From Sulfolobales archaeon (GTDB lineage: Archaea; Thermoproteota; Thermoprotei_A; Sulfolobales; NBVN01): a DNA stretch of 64,000 bases. Location: the NCBI GenBank assembly GCA_038841535.1, contig JAWBTQ010000003.1:64001-128000 (forward strand). Direction: 5' to 3'. How positions within the stretch are numbered: the first letter of the stretch is position 1; each line of letters starts with the position of its first letter. Positions 9,387 to 19,811 of this stretch are shown here, piece by piece. The position numbers and the translations under genes were made by a program. Under the pieces are notes generated by a model that made no database searches, was not told where the DNA came from, and worked only from the letters and a program-made list of their open reading frames with translations.

Positions 9387-10100
9387 TCAACTCACCTTTC
9401 TAATATCAACTAATTCTAAAGAGAATCTATAGTTGTTAATAGTTACATCAGCTTGCACGGGGATGTAGCCAAAGTCTATTAACCTCAGTGCCGCTACCTC
9501 AATATACTTAGTTTCACCATCTATAGCTCTATAGTACCTATACACCTGAGAAACAGTTTTCACTTCACCAAGAGCTTTTGAGCTTATTACTCTCTCCTCG
9601 AGGCTCGACACAGTTAAATTAGTCCATGTAGTCCTTATCTGAGAATTAAAGAAGACGTCATCTATATTCTCAGACTTGAAGGCCAGGCCAAGTACTTCGG
9701 CTACAGCATATAGCGGACCCTGATTGGCGTATATAATCGATGTGAACATAGTTCTACGCGATTCATTCGATGTCGTGACCTCCTTACTTATGTAGATATA
9801 GACATAGTCAAGTGTACCTAATACAAAGGTGCTAGATGGAATATTTCCTCTAACCTTATAGACCAGGATTATAGACTCATTAATAGCTCTATTTTCACTA
9901 ACAAAGTTCCTTAACACTCCCAATGGGTCTTCTTTTTTGGTTTCAGCACCTGGTGGAGGCTGAGCAGCCATGATGATGTTATACACTAAAATACCAGAGA
10001 CTATTAGGATTATCCCTAGGACTATCAGGTCATATCTTATCTTTCTGTACTTCCTCCTAGTTATCTGCTTACCTACTTGCTTTCTCTTCCTCTGGCTCAC
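9387..10100 (-). CDS. hypothetical membrane-anchored protein
   Basis: Basic N-terminus, one TM helix, then a beta-rich domain; GTG 10100 has a GGAGG SD. Confidence 0.7.
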   Translation of the reverse strand: MSQRKRKQVGKQITRRKYRKIRYDLIVLGIILIVSGILVYNIIMAAQPPPGAETKKEDPLGVLRNFVSENRAINESIILVYKVRGNIPSSTFVLGTLDYVYIYISKEVTTSNESRRTMFTSIIYANQGPLYAVAEVLGLAFKSENIDDVFFNSQIRTTWTNLTVSSLEERVISSKALGEVKTVSQVYRYYRAIDGETKYIEVAALRLIDFGYIPVQADVTINNYRFSLELVDIRKVS

Positions 10101-10169
10101 CGCATACCTCCAACAGATATCCTGTCTCGTAAAATAAGTTCCGATTAGAATATGCAAAGATGAATGTGA

Positions 10170-11564
10170 TCATACAGATACTCTTCTGATTCTAATGACT
10201 TCCTCATACTCCTCTACTAGACCGTAAACTAAGACTGCTATATCTCCAGCCCTAAGCATACCGCCTGAGATCAAGAATTCATAGAGCTTCTCAAGTCCCT
10301 CAGAATATGAGCTAGCTTCAATTACGTATGTAGAAAGTCCCCACATTATCGAGAGCTTTCTAGCGACTTCAGGTTTAGGTACACCAACGTATACAGGTAC
10401 TCTAGGCCTCATAATGGAAGCTCTTTTTGCTGTAACACCTCTCATGCTATAGATGGCTATGGCGGCACCAAGATCTTCAGCGAGCTCAATGACACCTCTA
10501 ACGAACCTAGTCCGAAGGTCTATGGCTGGCCTTTCTTGAGTTAGAGACAACCCGGCTTCAGCAACTTTTATTATCTTATTCAACCACCGGATTACCTCTA
10601 CCGGGTATTTACCGACGGCCGTTTCTCCAGTTACCATTAACGCATCTACACCGCTCTGAACGGCCTCGTAGACGTCGACAACTTCAGCTCTCGTGGGAAC
10701 CGGGTTATCTATCATAGACTCTAGAAGCTGTGTAGCAACTATAACAGGTTTTCCATACTCTCTGCTTTTCCTTACTATCCTTTTTTGTAGGGAAGGGACT
10801 TCTTCGAGACCCAAATTCATACCAAGGTCTCCGCGAGCTACTACGACTCCATCAGACTCATCGATGATCGAATCTAGATTCTTTAAGGCACTGAGGGTTT
10901 CTATCTTTACGAGGACGCTGGATCCGCAGTTTAGCTTTTCAAGTAATTTTCTGACGTATAAAACATCTGTAGAACTTCTAACGTAGCTTAGTCCGACATA
11001 ATCAAATCCCTCTGAACACGCGAACTTCAAGTCGTCCATGTCTTTTTTGCTTAGAATAGGTAAATCGAATTCTTTGCCCTTCACAATAAGTGCCTTCCTA
11101 GACGATAGTACAGAGTCTGTTTGAGCAACTGCGTTGAAGTAGCTATCACCGACTTCTATAACACTAAACGATACTCTCCCATCGTTCATAAGCACGACAT
11201 CACCCTCCGAGACCTCTTCAATTACCTTCTTAGGTACGTCTATTGGTACTTCGATTACTTCCCTACTTTTTAGCATAGAGGAGCTCACCATCGAGAACCT
11301 AACGATAGACCCTTTTTTGACATCAATATTCTCACTGAGTTTACCTAATCTAAGTGAAGGACCCATTAAGTCCCCCACTAGCGCGATATACCTACCACTA
11401 CCTAACTCCGCCTCTCTAACTATGTCAACATAATTAGACCAAGAATCCCTATCTCCATGCGCAAAGTTTACTCTAAACCCGCTAATTCCGAGAGACACCA
11501 TCCTACCGACTATGTCGCTATCACTAGACGCAGGGCCTAGGGATGCCACTATCTTAACATTCAA
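10170..11564 (-). CDS. pyk: pyruvate kinase
   Basis: KIVASLGPAS, RVNFAHG, KIET, VARGDLG, ATQLLESM, PTRAEV. Confidence 0.97.
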   Translation of the reverse strand: MNVKIVASLGPASSDSDIVGRMVSLGISGFRVNFAHGDRDSWSNYVDIVREAELGSGRYIALVGDLMGPSLRLGKLSENIDVKKGSIVRFSMVSSSMLKSREVIEVPIDVPKKVIEEVSEGDVVLMNDGRVSFSVIEVGDSYFNAVAQTDSVLSSRKALIVKGKEFDLPILSKKDMDDLKFACSEGFDYVGLSYVRSSTDVLYVRKLLEKLNCGSSVLVKIETLSALKNLDSIIDESDGVVVARGDLGMNLGLEEVPSLQKRIVRKSREYGKPVIVATQLLESMIDNPVPTRAEVVDVYEAVQSGVDALMVTGETAVGKYPVEVIRWLNKIIKVAEAGLSLTQERPAIDLRTRFVRGVIELAEDLGAAIAIYSMRGVTAKRASIMRPRVPVYVGVPKPEVARKLSIMWGLSTYVIEASSYSEGLEKLYEFLISGGMLRAGDIAVLVYGLVEEYEEVIRIRRVSV

Positions 11565-11813
11565 GCTACCACCAAGCTTTATTGCATATTACTGTTAAGA
11601 GCAAACTCTCCTACTCTCGAAAACCTGTTTCAACTTTGGTAGAGCAAGGTAAGGAGGTGAAGGTACAAAGATATTCACAAGTACTTAGGTATCCATTAGA
11701 CCCAAACTCACTGTGTAGGTCCACTTATTACCTAACTCCGAGATCTACAGAATATTGAAGTTCAATTGCCCGAAGTAACGTAGTGATTCTCACTAACCAT
11801 AGCAGTAAGTTAA

Positions 11814-12143
11814 GCGGTGACCGGTGCCGGCTATAACCCGCCTTCCGTACTACGGTAGCATTAGACTATGCGGCCTACCCGCACCTCGCACGGCAATTCA
11901 TCGGTGCTGCTCGGCCTTGCTCCCGGAGGGGCGGCCGTTTCAGCGCATCCACCCCCATACTCAGCGGGTTGCTGGCACCCCGTTACCGGAGTGCCCTCAC
12001 CACCTCATAGACATCTGGAGGCGGCCGTACCGTTTCTGTGCCGTTGCCGCGGGTCTCCCCGCGCTCCTTGCGGAGCCTCCGTGCCGTGTGGAGGGCGGTG
12101 TTTCCTCAGTTCCCCGTAGCTACCAGCCGGCTCCGGCCACCGC
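11814..12143 (-). ncRNA. rnpB: RNase P RNA
   Basis: Minus strand carries GAGGAAAC (CR-I), ACAGAAAC, TGAAACGGC, GGAGCAAG and ACGGAAGGCGGGTTAT (CR-V); terminal P1 helix. Confidence 0.93.
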
Positions 12144-12310
12144 TTAACTTACTGTTACAGAAGCTAAATACGTTGTTGTACTAATGCTCTCAAGGTTTAA
12201 AGTCTAGTAACAGGCTATAGCGTCGCGCCTAGAAAGACCGCAGGTCAGCTTCTTAGTGGGATCTTTATAGACCTTTATATAGCGCTCAGAAAGTTTCTTA
12301 GGTAGTAGCT

Positions 12311-13036
12311 GTGGCTCTCCCGTTGGTGTATTTACCTATAGCTAGAATAAACAACCCGGTTGTAATAGCTAGAGTAGATGGTATGAGCTTAGACCTGAGG
12401 GCAGAGATCATCCCCTTTAGAGGGGTTGATATAGTAGAACTTCCAGAACCGGTAGCTAAGTACGTCATCGAGTTTAAGAAGGAGTTGGAGAGAGTAGTTA
12501 ACCTCAGTTTTAAACTCGTTTGCAAGGGCCGCACTGACTACGATGCTCTTGCTTACGTTACTATAACCAACCAGATTCTACGCACTCTACTTTCCCATTT
12601 GAGAGAGGACGACTATGAAATAGCTTACTCTATAGACTACAGACTAGGTCTTTTGGACCACGTATTGGCACTTAGGCTTACCGACATAGTAAATTCACAT
12701 TACGCTTGGAGACGTGGAGAACCTCTAGTGGAGCTAGGAGATAAAATAGCGTTCAGAGTTAGAGCCATTAGAAAGGTAGCTAAACCCAATGAGCCGTTTC
12801 TAGAGGTAGACAGAGAGGCCTTAGTTCATGTAATCGGTAAATCCGCTATAGCTCTTGCTAAAGCTATCGTAGAGGGAGACTTCAGAAGGATCAGGAGAGT
12901 CATGGAGTTTATAAATGGGCTGTGGTACTCTATCTACAGTCTTAAAACCCCATGCGGAGAAGTCTTCTCTACGTACATACCGGGACTTGAGGAAGTGTAC
13001 TGCGTTGAGCTAGACTTCAATCCCAAAACCTCCTAG
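12311..13036 (+). CDS. hypothetical protein, possible inactive GHMP/mevalonate-kinase-like fold
   Basis: C-terminal IGK...AIVEGDFRRIRRVMEFINGL resembles mevalonate kinase helices; no PxxxGLGSSA motif. Confidence 0.6.
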   Translation: MALPLVYLPIARINNPVVIARVDGMSLDLRAEIIPFRGVDIVELPEPVAKYVIEFKKELERVVNLSFKLVCKGRTDYDALAYVTITNQILRTLLSHLREDDYEIAYSIDYRLGLLDHVLALRLTDIVNSHYAWRRGEPLVELGDKIAFRVRAIRKVAKPNEPFLEVDREALVHVIGKSAIALAKAIVEGDFRRIRRVMEFINGLWYSIYSLKTPCGEVFSTYIPGLEEVYCVELDFNPKTS

Positions 13037-15779
13037 TTCTGACAAATAGCTTCTCAAGCTCATAGAGCTTAACGTAAAAATCCTCACCCTCGTAGTGGAG
13101 AGCTTTCTTAGCTGTTTCTGGGCCAACACCGTGTGCTGCTAGAGCCTCAATGGCCTTTCTACCGTAATCTAAAACTAGGACGGCGCTATCCATGAGCTTC
13201 TCGAAGATCTCAATTTCCTCACTATTTAATTTGAACTTGTAAGCTTTACCTAGCTTAATGGCCTTTCTAGCAACTTTAACTATGTCTTCTGAAACAACCT
13301 TGCTTACCCCAATAAGCCCGTATCCACAAGTGCTACAGTTAATCTTACTCTCAAGGTCCCCTATCTTAGCTACCCAGCTGTGTCCGCAGTGCAAGCAGAC
13401 GAGTAAAACTTCCTTACCCAATATACGCCTCCGGACGATTTCCGCTATAATCTTCCTAGGAATAAAGCCTCCTCTGACTCTATCGTAGACCTTAGCGTCT
13501 TTAAGTCCCTCCGCGGCTAAGGGGGACAGCTTAGGCCCGGCTCTAAGTTCAACACGAGCTCTACCACTACTGATGTCCTTGATGAGCTCTACCACAACTC
13601 GAGCATCTACATACCGCATTAATCCTTCTCTCAACGCCTCCGAGCTAACTACTTCATCATTACGAAGCCCGGATATTATGGCCTTAGCGACCTTCGGATC
13701 GGCGTCATCAGGTATGAGGTTAAGTCTGCGACCAACGTTAAATAGCAGAAAATCAAAGAGTTTCGACTTCCTCATGCTATCAACCAACGCCTCCAGGGGT
13801 CTATCTACTTTTAGAGCTCCTAAGATGTTCCTAAAGACGCCATTTGAAGGCAGTCTATACGGTAGTTCAATGATTACCCGGTAAGGATCCACCTTGAACG
13901 CTGGATTAATTCCATACACGCGCTCGAGCTCTGAGAGAATAAGGTAGGCTAGACCACGGTTGCCCTTAGTGCCTAGACAGCTTACTACTACAAGGAGAGG
14001 TCTCTCACTATCAAGATACTCTACGACTACGCTTCTATCGGATGGTAGGGGGAAACCTCCGCGCTTGTGCTCTTCTATAACCCTCTCCACATAGCTTATT
14101 GCCTCCTTATTCATAAACGACGAGTACTGAGAAGGCAATTTGGCGGCTGTGACGGCAGTTCTTATAGCCCCACAAACTTCTCTAGCGACCTTGTAGTCTA
14201 CTGGTATGGTTTCTCCAGTCCAGGATGGTATCAGCGCTTCTTCTCCTACCACCTCCTCGACATAAACCTTGTGTGCGTCGGGATCTATAGCAATAACTTC
14301 CCACAGTCTTCCTCCAAGTACCAGCTTAGTTCTCTCTACTAAATCTACTACGAACTCTTCATCTAGGCTTCCCAAGTTTTTCCTAGATAGTGAGTCTACT
14401 ACGTCGTAAGAAGAAGTATCAACTATAGTTGTCGTAGTCATGTAGAATATCTTGCCTTTCGTTGTCGCACTGAGAACACCGCTCTCCTGGACTCTGAGGT
14501 AGCCGAATTCTACCGCCTTATCTACGACCTTCTTGAGCTCATCTAGTGTGAGCTCTGAATAGGGGTAAGACCTAGATAGAACTCTATAGGCCCTATCAAT
14601 ACTGTAGCCTCCCTCTAGTCCCATGCCTACGAGGGTGTGTATTAGGACATCGTAGGGTTTTTCGTAAGGCCTAGCTCTCTCGAAATCCCCAGATAGCGCT
14701 CTCCTAATTATGACTGCCGATTCTAGTATGTCATCTATGGTATCGTCACACACTATATAGCCTAGAGCCCTCCTTCCAGGGCCGTGGCAAGCCCTCCCAA
14801 CTCTCTGAACGAGTTTGAGGACCTGCCTAGGTGATGAAACCTGAATAACAGCTTCAACCGAACCTATATCTACTCCAAGCTCGAGGCTCGACGTGGCAAC
14901 AACGCAAGACAGCATTCCCTCTTTTAAAAGCTTCTCTGTTTCCTCACGCTCCTCTCTAGACAGACTACCGTGATGTACTTTGACCCCTAGGTTTAGTTCA
15001 CTCAGCTTTCTACCGATTAACTCAGCATCATCTCTAGTATTAGTAAAGACGATAGATGTTCTGTGCCCCTTGACTATATCTGCGATAGTTCTAACTTTTT
15101 CTGACTTGTCTACGGAGTAGTACCCAGAAAGCAAGTATATCTCCATCTCACGCACGCCCTCGACTATAGCTTCATCCACCTGCTTTCCATAAGCAAGAAA
15201 CTTCTTGGCGGTCTCGATGTCTCCTATGCTAGCAGAGATACCTATTCTCTGGAAGTTACCGGCTATTTCTGCGAGTCTCTCGAGATTTGCCGATACCTGG
15301 GAACCTCTCTTACTTTCAAGTAGCTCATGTAGCTCGTCTACTACAACCCATCTAACGCTCTTTAATGCATCCCGAAGCTTGCGGTTCACCAGTATATAGG
15401 AAAAAGTTTCAGGTGTTGTAACCAATATGTGCGGTGGTCTTAGGGCTATAAGCCTCCTCACTGAGGACGATGTATCGCCGTGTCTTACTGATACTTCTAT
15501 GCCTAGCTTAAGAGAAATGTTTCTTACTCTCTTCATGATATCTCTATTAAGGGCTCTGAGTGGGGTAATGTAGAGTACGGCTGTTCGCTTAAGGTACTCT
15601 CTTCTAAGTATCTCTGATAGAATTGGAAAGAGCGCTGCCTCGGTTTTTCCCGAGCCTGTGGGGGCCACTATAAGTACATGCCTTCCCGACAGGATTTTAG
15701 GGATAGCGAGTTCTTGTATTGGAGTTAAAATGGTGTAGCCTTCGCTAAGCACTACGTTCCTCACTCTCTCATCGAGCAT
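13017..15779 (-). CDS. lhr: Lhr-family DEAD/DEAH-box helicase
   Basis: APTGSGKT, DELHE, HHGSLS, ATSSLELGVD, QRVGRA, IPSWTGE, C-terminal zinc ribbon. Confidence 0.93.
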   Translation of the reverse strand: MLDERVRNVVLSEGYTILTPIQELAIPKILSGRHVLIVAPTGSGKTEAALFPILSEILRREYLKRTAVLYITPLRALNRDIMKRVRNISLKLGIEVSVRHGDTSSSVRRLIALRPPHILVTTPETFSYILVNRKLRDALKSVRWVVVDELHELLESKRGSQVSANLERLAEIAGNFQRIGISASIGDIETAKKFLAYGKQVDEAIVEGVREMEIYLLSGYYSVDKSEKVRTIADIVKGHRTSIVFTNTRDDAELIGRKLSELNLGVKVHHGSLSREEREETEKLLKEGMLSCVVATSSLELGVDIGSVEAVIQVSSPRQVLKLVQRVGRACHGPGRRALGYIVCDDTIDDILESAVIIRRALSGDFERARPYEKPYDVLIHTLVGMGLEGGYSIDRAYRVLSRSYPYSELTLDELKKVVDKAVEFGYLRVQESGVLSATTKGKIFYMTTTTIVDTSSYDVVDSLSRKNLGSLDEEFVVDLVERTKLVLGGRLWEVIAIDPDAHKVYVEEVVGEEALIPSWTGETIPVDYKVAREVCGAIRTAVTAAKLPSQYSSFMNKEAISYVERVIEEHKRGGFPLPSDRSVVVEYLDSERPLLVVVSCLGTKGNRGLAYLILSELERVYGINPAFKVDPYRVIIELPYRLPSNGVFRNILGALKVDRPLEALVDSMRKSKLFDFLLFNVGRRLNLIPDDADPKVAKAIISGLRNDEVVSSEALREGLMRYVDARVVVELIKDISSGRARVELRAGPKLSPLAAEGLKDAKVYDRVRGGFIPRKIIAEIVRRRILGKEVLLVCLHCGHSWVAKIGDLESKINCSTCGYGLIGVSKVVSEDIVKVARKAIKLGKAYKFKLNSEEIEIFEKLMDSAVLVLDYGRKAIEALAAHGVGPETAKKALHYEGEDFYVKLYELEKLFVRTRRFWD

Positions 15780-15893
15780 ATTTATAGGTTCCGTACTCGT
15801 GTCACCTTCCCATAACTAAGTATAGAGCGCGTACAGTAACTATAAACGTTATACTGCTCGGTAGATATAGAGTTTGGTGAAGTAGCTCTATGT

Positions 15894-17189
15894 TTATGGA
15901 ATGAGCCTCCTCTTGTCCCTTGGGAAAGCAGTAAGCTCTCTAACGTTTTTAGCACCAGTCAGCATGAGGCCGAGCCTTGCCAGCCCCATACCCCACCCTG
16001 CGTGAGGAGGCATCCCGAAGTCAAACCACCTTAAGAAGAAATCGAAGTTCTCAGGGTTTAGTCCACGCTCTTCTAACCTCTTAACTAATAGGTCTCTTTC
16101 ATGCACTCTAGTGCTCCCAGACGCTATTTCAAGGTAATTCCAGACGAAGTCGAAGGACTCGCTAAACACACCGTCGTTTTTGGGCATAGTGTAGAATGGC
16201 CTAGTCTTGTCCGGCCAATCCACTATGAAGTATACGTCTTCCTCTATTAACTCAGATAATTTTCTCAGTTGAGGCGTAGATAGGTCTTCACCTAGACTCA
16301 CTTTTTCTCCACTTTCAGCCAGGATCCTTAGTGCGTCTATATAAGAGATTCTCTTAACCGGCAATTTAAGCTCCGGGGGTTCGTAGCCAAGCACCTGGAG
16401 TTCCCTAGTAGCAACCTCCCTAACCTCCTTAACCACTCTTGCTACAACTCTTTCAAGAACGTTCATAGCGCCCTCGTAGTTCGTAAAGGCCATCTCCATA
16501 TCTACCGACACGAACTCTGAAAGATGGTAGGGAGTATCTGACTCCTCAGCTCTCCACGCTGGGGCGATTTCGAAAACCCTCTCAAAAGCTCCTGCTAGTA
16601 GCTCTTTATACAACTGCGGACTTTGTGCTAAGTATGCTTCACGACCAAAGTAGGCAACTGGAAAGAGTGACGCACCTCCCTCTGTAGCAGCTGCCACTAT
16701 CTTAGGGGTAAAAACCTCTATGAAACCCATACTGTAGAGCTCCTCTCTAATGGCTCTTAATGCTACAGACAGTACCTTGAATATGGCCCTACCCTCATCT
16801 CTCCTTAAATCGAGAATTCTCTCTCTAAACCTGGTGTCGATGTCTGCTGGAACTTTACCGCTAACGTCCAGTGGTAGGGGGGCCTTAGCTACGCTGTGTA
16901 CTACTATACTACTCGGTACTATCTCGTATCCACCAGGTGCTCTGGGATCTGCTCTCACTCTACCCGCAACCGATATAGTTGACTCCAGCGTGAGCTTGTA
17001 GAACATTTCTGCTAGTTCTCTCTGCTCTTTACTTATGACTACCTGTATAACGCCATCCTTATCTCTTACTAGTAGAAACTTCTTACCCCCCAGATCCCTC
17101 TTTGCGTGAACCCATCCGGCAATAACGACGCCGGCTTCGTTTAACTGGGGGCTGAGTTCGGAGGAAAGATGTGTCCTATACCTACTCAG
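15894..17189 (-). CDS. aspS: aspartate--tRNA ligase
   Basis: YLAQSPQLYK, WRAEESDT, GMPPHAGWG, FPRD; the conserved N-terminal OB fold (YRTH...GWVH...VRD) lies upstream of ATG 17006, implying a CTG start at 17189. Confidence 0.95.
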   Translation of the reverse strand: MSRYRTHLSSELSPQLNEAGVVIAGWVHAKRDLGGKKFLLVRDKDGVIQVVISKEQRELAEMFYKLTLESTISVAGRVRADPRAPGGYEIVPSSIVVHSVAKAPLPLDVSGKVPADIDTRFRERILDLRRDEGRAIFKVLSVALRAIREELYSMGFIEVFTPKIVAAATEGGASLFPVAYFGREAYLAQSPQLYKELLAGAFERVFEIAPAWRAEESDTPYHLSEFVSVDMEMAFTNYEGAMNVLERVVARVVKEVREVATRELQVLGYEPPELKLPVKRISYIDALRILAESGEKVSLGEDLSTPQLRKLSELIEEDVYFIVDWPDKTRPFYTMPKNDGVFSESFDFVWNYLEIASGSTRVHERDLLVKRLEERGLNPENFDFFLRWFDFGMPPHAGWGMGLARLGLMLTGAKNVRELTAFPRDKRRLIP

Positions 17190-17707
17190 CTCTCCATCAC
17201 CCTAATTCTCACGTTTGCCCCAACTATTTGCGATAAAAGGTGCTCTACGTCTTCTTGGGACGCAGGTAGGTGCTTTAAATCAGACCTAGGTATCCTTACT
17301 ACGTACTCCATTGAGCCATCTGGAAGCCAGAGTGTGTTAACACCCAATACCCTAGCTGGCTGTATGATACTTCTCACTAAGTCTTTAGTATTAGTGCTTT
17401 TAGTGTCTATTATCCTCACTCGAGTTTTGAACTGGCTCTCTAAATGCTTTGCTAACTTTAGGAGGGATCTGTAGTCTATATTAGCAGGCGGTATGCTGAG
17501 CTGTACTACTAGAATATTCCCAAGGTTTACGGATTTAACGTATTCAGAATCCCGCAGAAATCTATAGTCCGGAGAAGCCTCTGCTTTAAGAAGAGACTTC
17601 ATTACCTCCAGATCCAGCTCCGTAACAGCACCACTTCTAACTAGCGCCTCACATCTAGGACACAGCACTCCAGACCTTACGCAGAGCTGGTCTAAAGGTA
17701 TTTTCAA
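17186..17707 (-). CDS. NusA-like KH-domain protein (crenarchaeal)
   Basis: MKIPLD..CVRSGVLCPRC, PARVLGVNTLWLPDG. Confidence 0.8.
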   Translation of the reverse strand: MKIPLDQLCVRSGVLCPRCEALVRSGAVTELDLEVMKSLLKAEASPDYRFLRDSEYVKSVNLGNILVVQLSIPPANIDYRSLLKLAKHLESQFKTRVRIIDTKSTNTKDLVRSIIQPARVLGVNTLWLPDGSMEYVVRIPRSDLKHLPASQEDVEHLLSQIVGANVRIRVMES

Positions 17708-17790
17708 TTTCTACCATCTCTGCGATTTTATCCGTTACATATTCTGACTTAAACTTTTAAGTGTAATCTCTCCAATAGCTGGGGTAGTCA

Positions 17791-17958
17791 ATGCCGATCA
17801 CAGATCCAGCACTGCTCAAGATAGTTGAAAGCAGGGTACTGAACAAATTAGTGTGTAGAAAGTGTGGAGCCAAAAACCCAGTTGGGGCAACTAAGTGTAG
17901 GAAATGCAGGAGTCGAAACCTTAGACCCAAGAAGAAGAAGATCGGAGTAAAGAAGTAA
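17791..17958 (+). CDS. rpl40e: 50S ribosomal protein L40e (below the ORF-track cutoff)
   Basis: Manual translation [55 protein letters not shown]. Confidence 0.95.
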   Translation: MPITDPALLKIVESRVLNKLVCRKCGAKNPVGATKCRKCRSRNLRPKKKKIGVKK

Positions 17959-18205
17959 TAAGTCAATCTCAGTACTGCTTTTAGTTACTCACTAAAGTTA
18001 TCGCAAAGGCGATGGTATATGTCCTCTACTTACTCCGAAGCATAACTTAGTTAAAACTAGGAAGCTCTCCCTGCGAGTGATAGGTATAGCTGTGTTGTGT
18101 TTCTGTGCGGGGTGGAGTGAGTAGTTAAACTAGCTTTGTGTGGGTATATGCATGAGTTGAGCTCCTCTTATAAGCTCTACGTTTAAAGTACACCTAGGTG
18201 AGAAC

Positions 18206-18760
18206 GTGTTTTCAAATAGGGCGTTAAGTAAGATGATTAGCGTGCTGCGGACTAAAGGAGTTGATGGTGTTATAATTGGTAGTACCTCGATAGAGCTAGC
18301 TCTCAGGAGAGATAGTTTTGAGGGAGATATAGATCTGCTCGTGACTTCAGCGTCCGTGCTAGTAAATTATGGGGTACTGGAGGAATTGGCTAGAAGTCAT
18401 GGCTGTACGCTGGGGTCTACATGGCTCGGCACTCCAAGTATTACTTGCTTTATTGATGGTGAGGAAGTCACGGCAGACCTTTACGAAAATCTGCATGACT
18501 TCTACATACCTGACGAAATAGTGGAGAATGCTGTAGAGTACCAGGTTCTTGGAATTAAGGTAAGAGCTATAAAGCCAGAGGACTATGTAGTCCTTAAAGC
18601 TGTTGCTGGAAGGAACGAGGATCTAGAAGCATTAAGAAAGATCGGGGAGGCTATAAGAAGGCGGGAACTCAAGATAGATAGAAGGCTTGTAGAACTAAGG
18701 GTGGAACTCTTTAGTGAGAGGCGGTCTATACTTAGGAGGTTAAGCGAATACCTGTGGTAG
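18206..18760 (+). CDS. nucleotidyltransferase-fold protein
   Basis: IIGS...DIDL motif, LKAVAGRNEDLE. Confidence 0.8.
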   Translation: MFSNRALSKMISVLRTKGVDGVIIGSTSIELALRRDSFEGDIDLLVTSASVLVNYGVLEELARSHGCTLGSTWLGTPSITCFIDGEEVTADLYENLHDFYIPDEIVENAVEYQVLGIKVRAIKPEDYVVLKAVAGRNEDLEALRKIGEAIRRRELKIDRRLVELRVELFSERRSILRRLSEYLW

Positions 18761-19144
18761 ATATCTCTCTAGTGTTTACGGATTGCATCACTATAAAGCG
18801 CCGACGAATGCCTTTAGTAGGGAGGTAACTGCTAGTGCCTAATGATGGAAAACTTTTAGAGGATTTTCTCGAAATAGTAATCTGGGGTGGGAGGCTTCTC
18901 AAATGCTATTACACTGGGTGATCGACATAAAGGATCTATATTCCTTACTTCCTTCAGTTTTTTCAATAAATGAAGCAACTAGCTTCGGACGGTAGAGGCT
19001 AACTTAATATATGTCCCTTAACTTCTTTGATACAATATTTCATTTAATCTTTGATATAAAATTCAAATAACTCCCTAATCTTGATCTGAAGTAATTATGT
19101 AAAGTTTAATAATGTCGTAGGTCATTCGACAACGGTGAAAATAC

Positions 19145-19324
19145 ATGACCAAAAAGCCCCCAGTTAAGGTTAAGGATCCACACACAGGACAAGAGCTGGA
19201 GTTAGTTCCTGAAAAGATATGGACACTAGCTCCCAAAGGGAGAAAAGGAGTTAAAATAGGACTCTTCAAGAGCCCGACAGGGAAGTACTTTAGAGCAAAA
19301 GTTCCGGAGGACTATCCGGCGTAA
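19145..19324 (+). CDS. creN7: chromatin protein Cren7 (below the ORF-track cutoff)
   Basis: Manual translation [59 protein letters not shown]; GGTGA SD upstream. Confidence 0.96.
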   Translation: MTKKPPVKVKDPHTGQELELVPEKIWTLAPKGRKGVKIGLFKSPTGKYFRAKVPEDYPA

Positions 19325-19671
19325 CAACACGTAACAACAAATAGCTAAATCTTAAACCCCAATCTCTTTTACTTCTAATTTGTTCGTTTTCAACACTCTT
19401 TCTCGTAATGCTTAAGCCTAGTTCTAGCGCTTACTCGGGCTTCATCGAGTTCGGGATGTCCGGAGTTACTTAACAAGTCTTAAGTACTTCGTAGAAAGAT
19501 TCTAAACCTTTAACCCGGTAGGAGAACCTCACGGACTCTTACTTGCTAGAGAAATGGCAGTGTAGTGTTGCAGCAAAGAATGTAAGAATGATAGAGGCTA
19601 GTGTGAACTATTATGCGGAATGAAACAGCTTCGGAAAGTTATTTGAAGGAACTTCTACTTCTTGACCTAGG

Positions 19672-19748
19672 TGGCGCCGGGGGGAGGACTCGAACCTCCG
19701 ACCACCGGGTTAACAGCCCGGCGCTCTACCTGGCTGAGCTACCCCGGC
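19672..19748 (-). tRNA. tRNA-Asn(GTT)
   Basis: Cloverleaf with anticodon arm CCGGG-CTGTTAA-CCCGG; CCA encoded. Confidence 0.97.
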
Positions 19749-19811
19749 ACCAGAAATTAGAGTTGCTGAGCACTTATAACTTTTATCTCACACATCTTGC
19801 GATACTTGAGT

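Noticed and set aside
11824-12147. Plus-strand ORFs of 107 and 83 aa
   Set aside because: Shadows of the GC-rich RNase P RNA on the opposite strand
17757-17966. Minus-strand ORFs at 17757-17966 and 19075-19269
   Set aside because: Antisense to the real L40e and Cren7 genes
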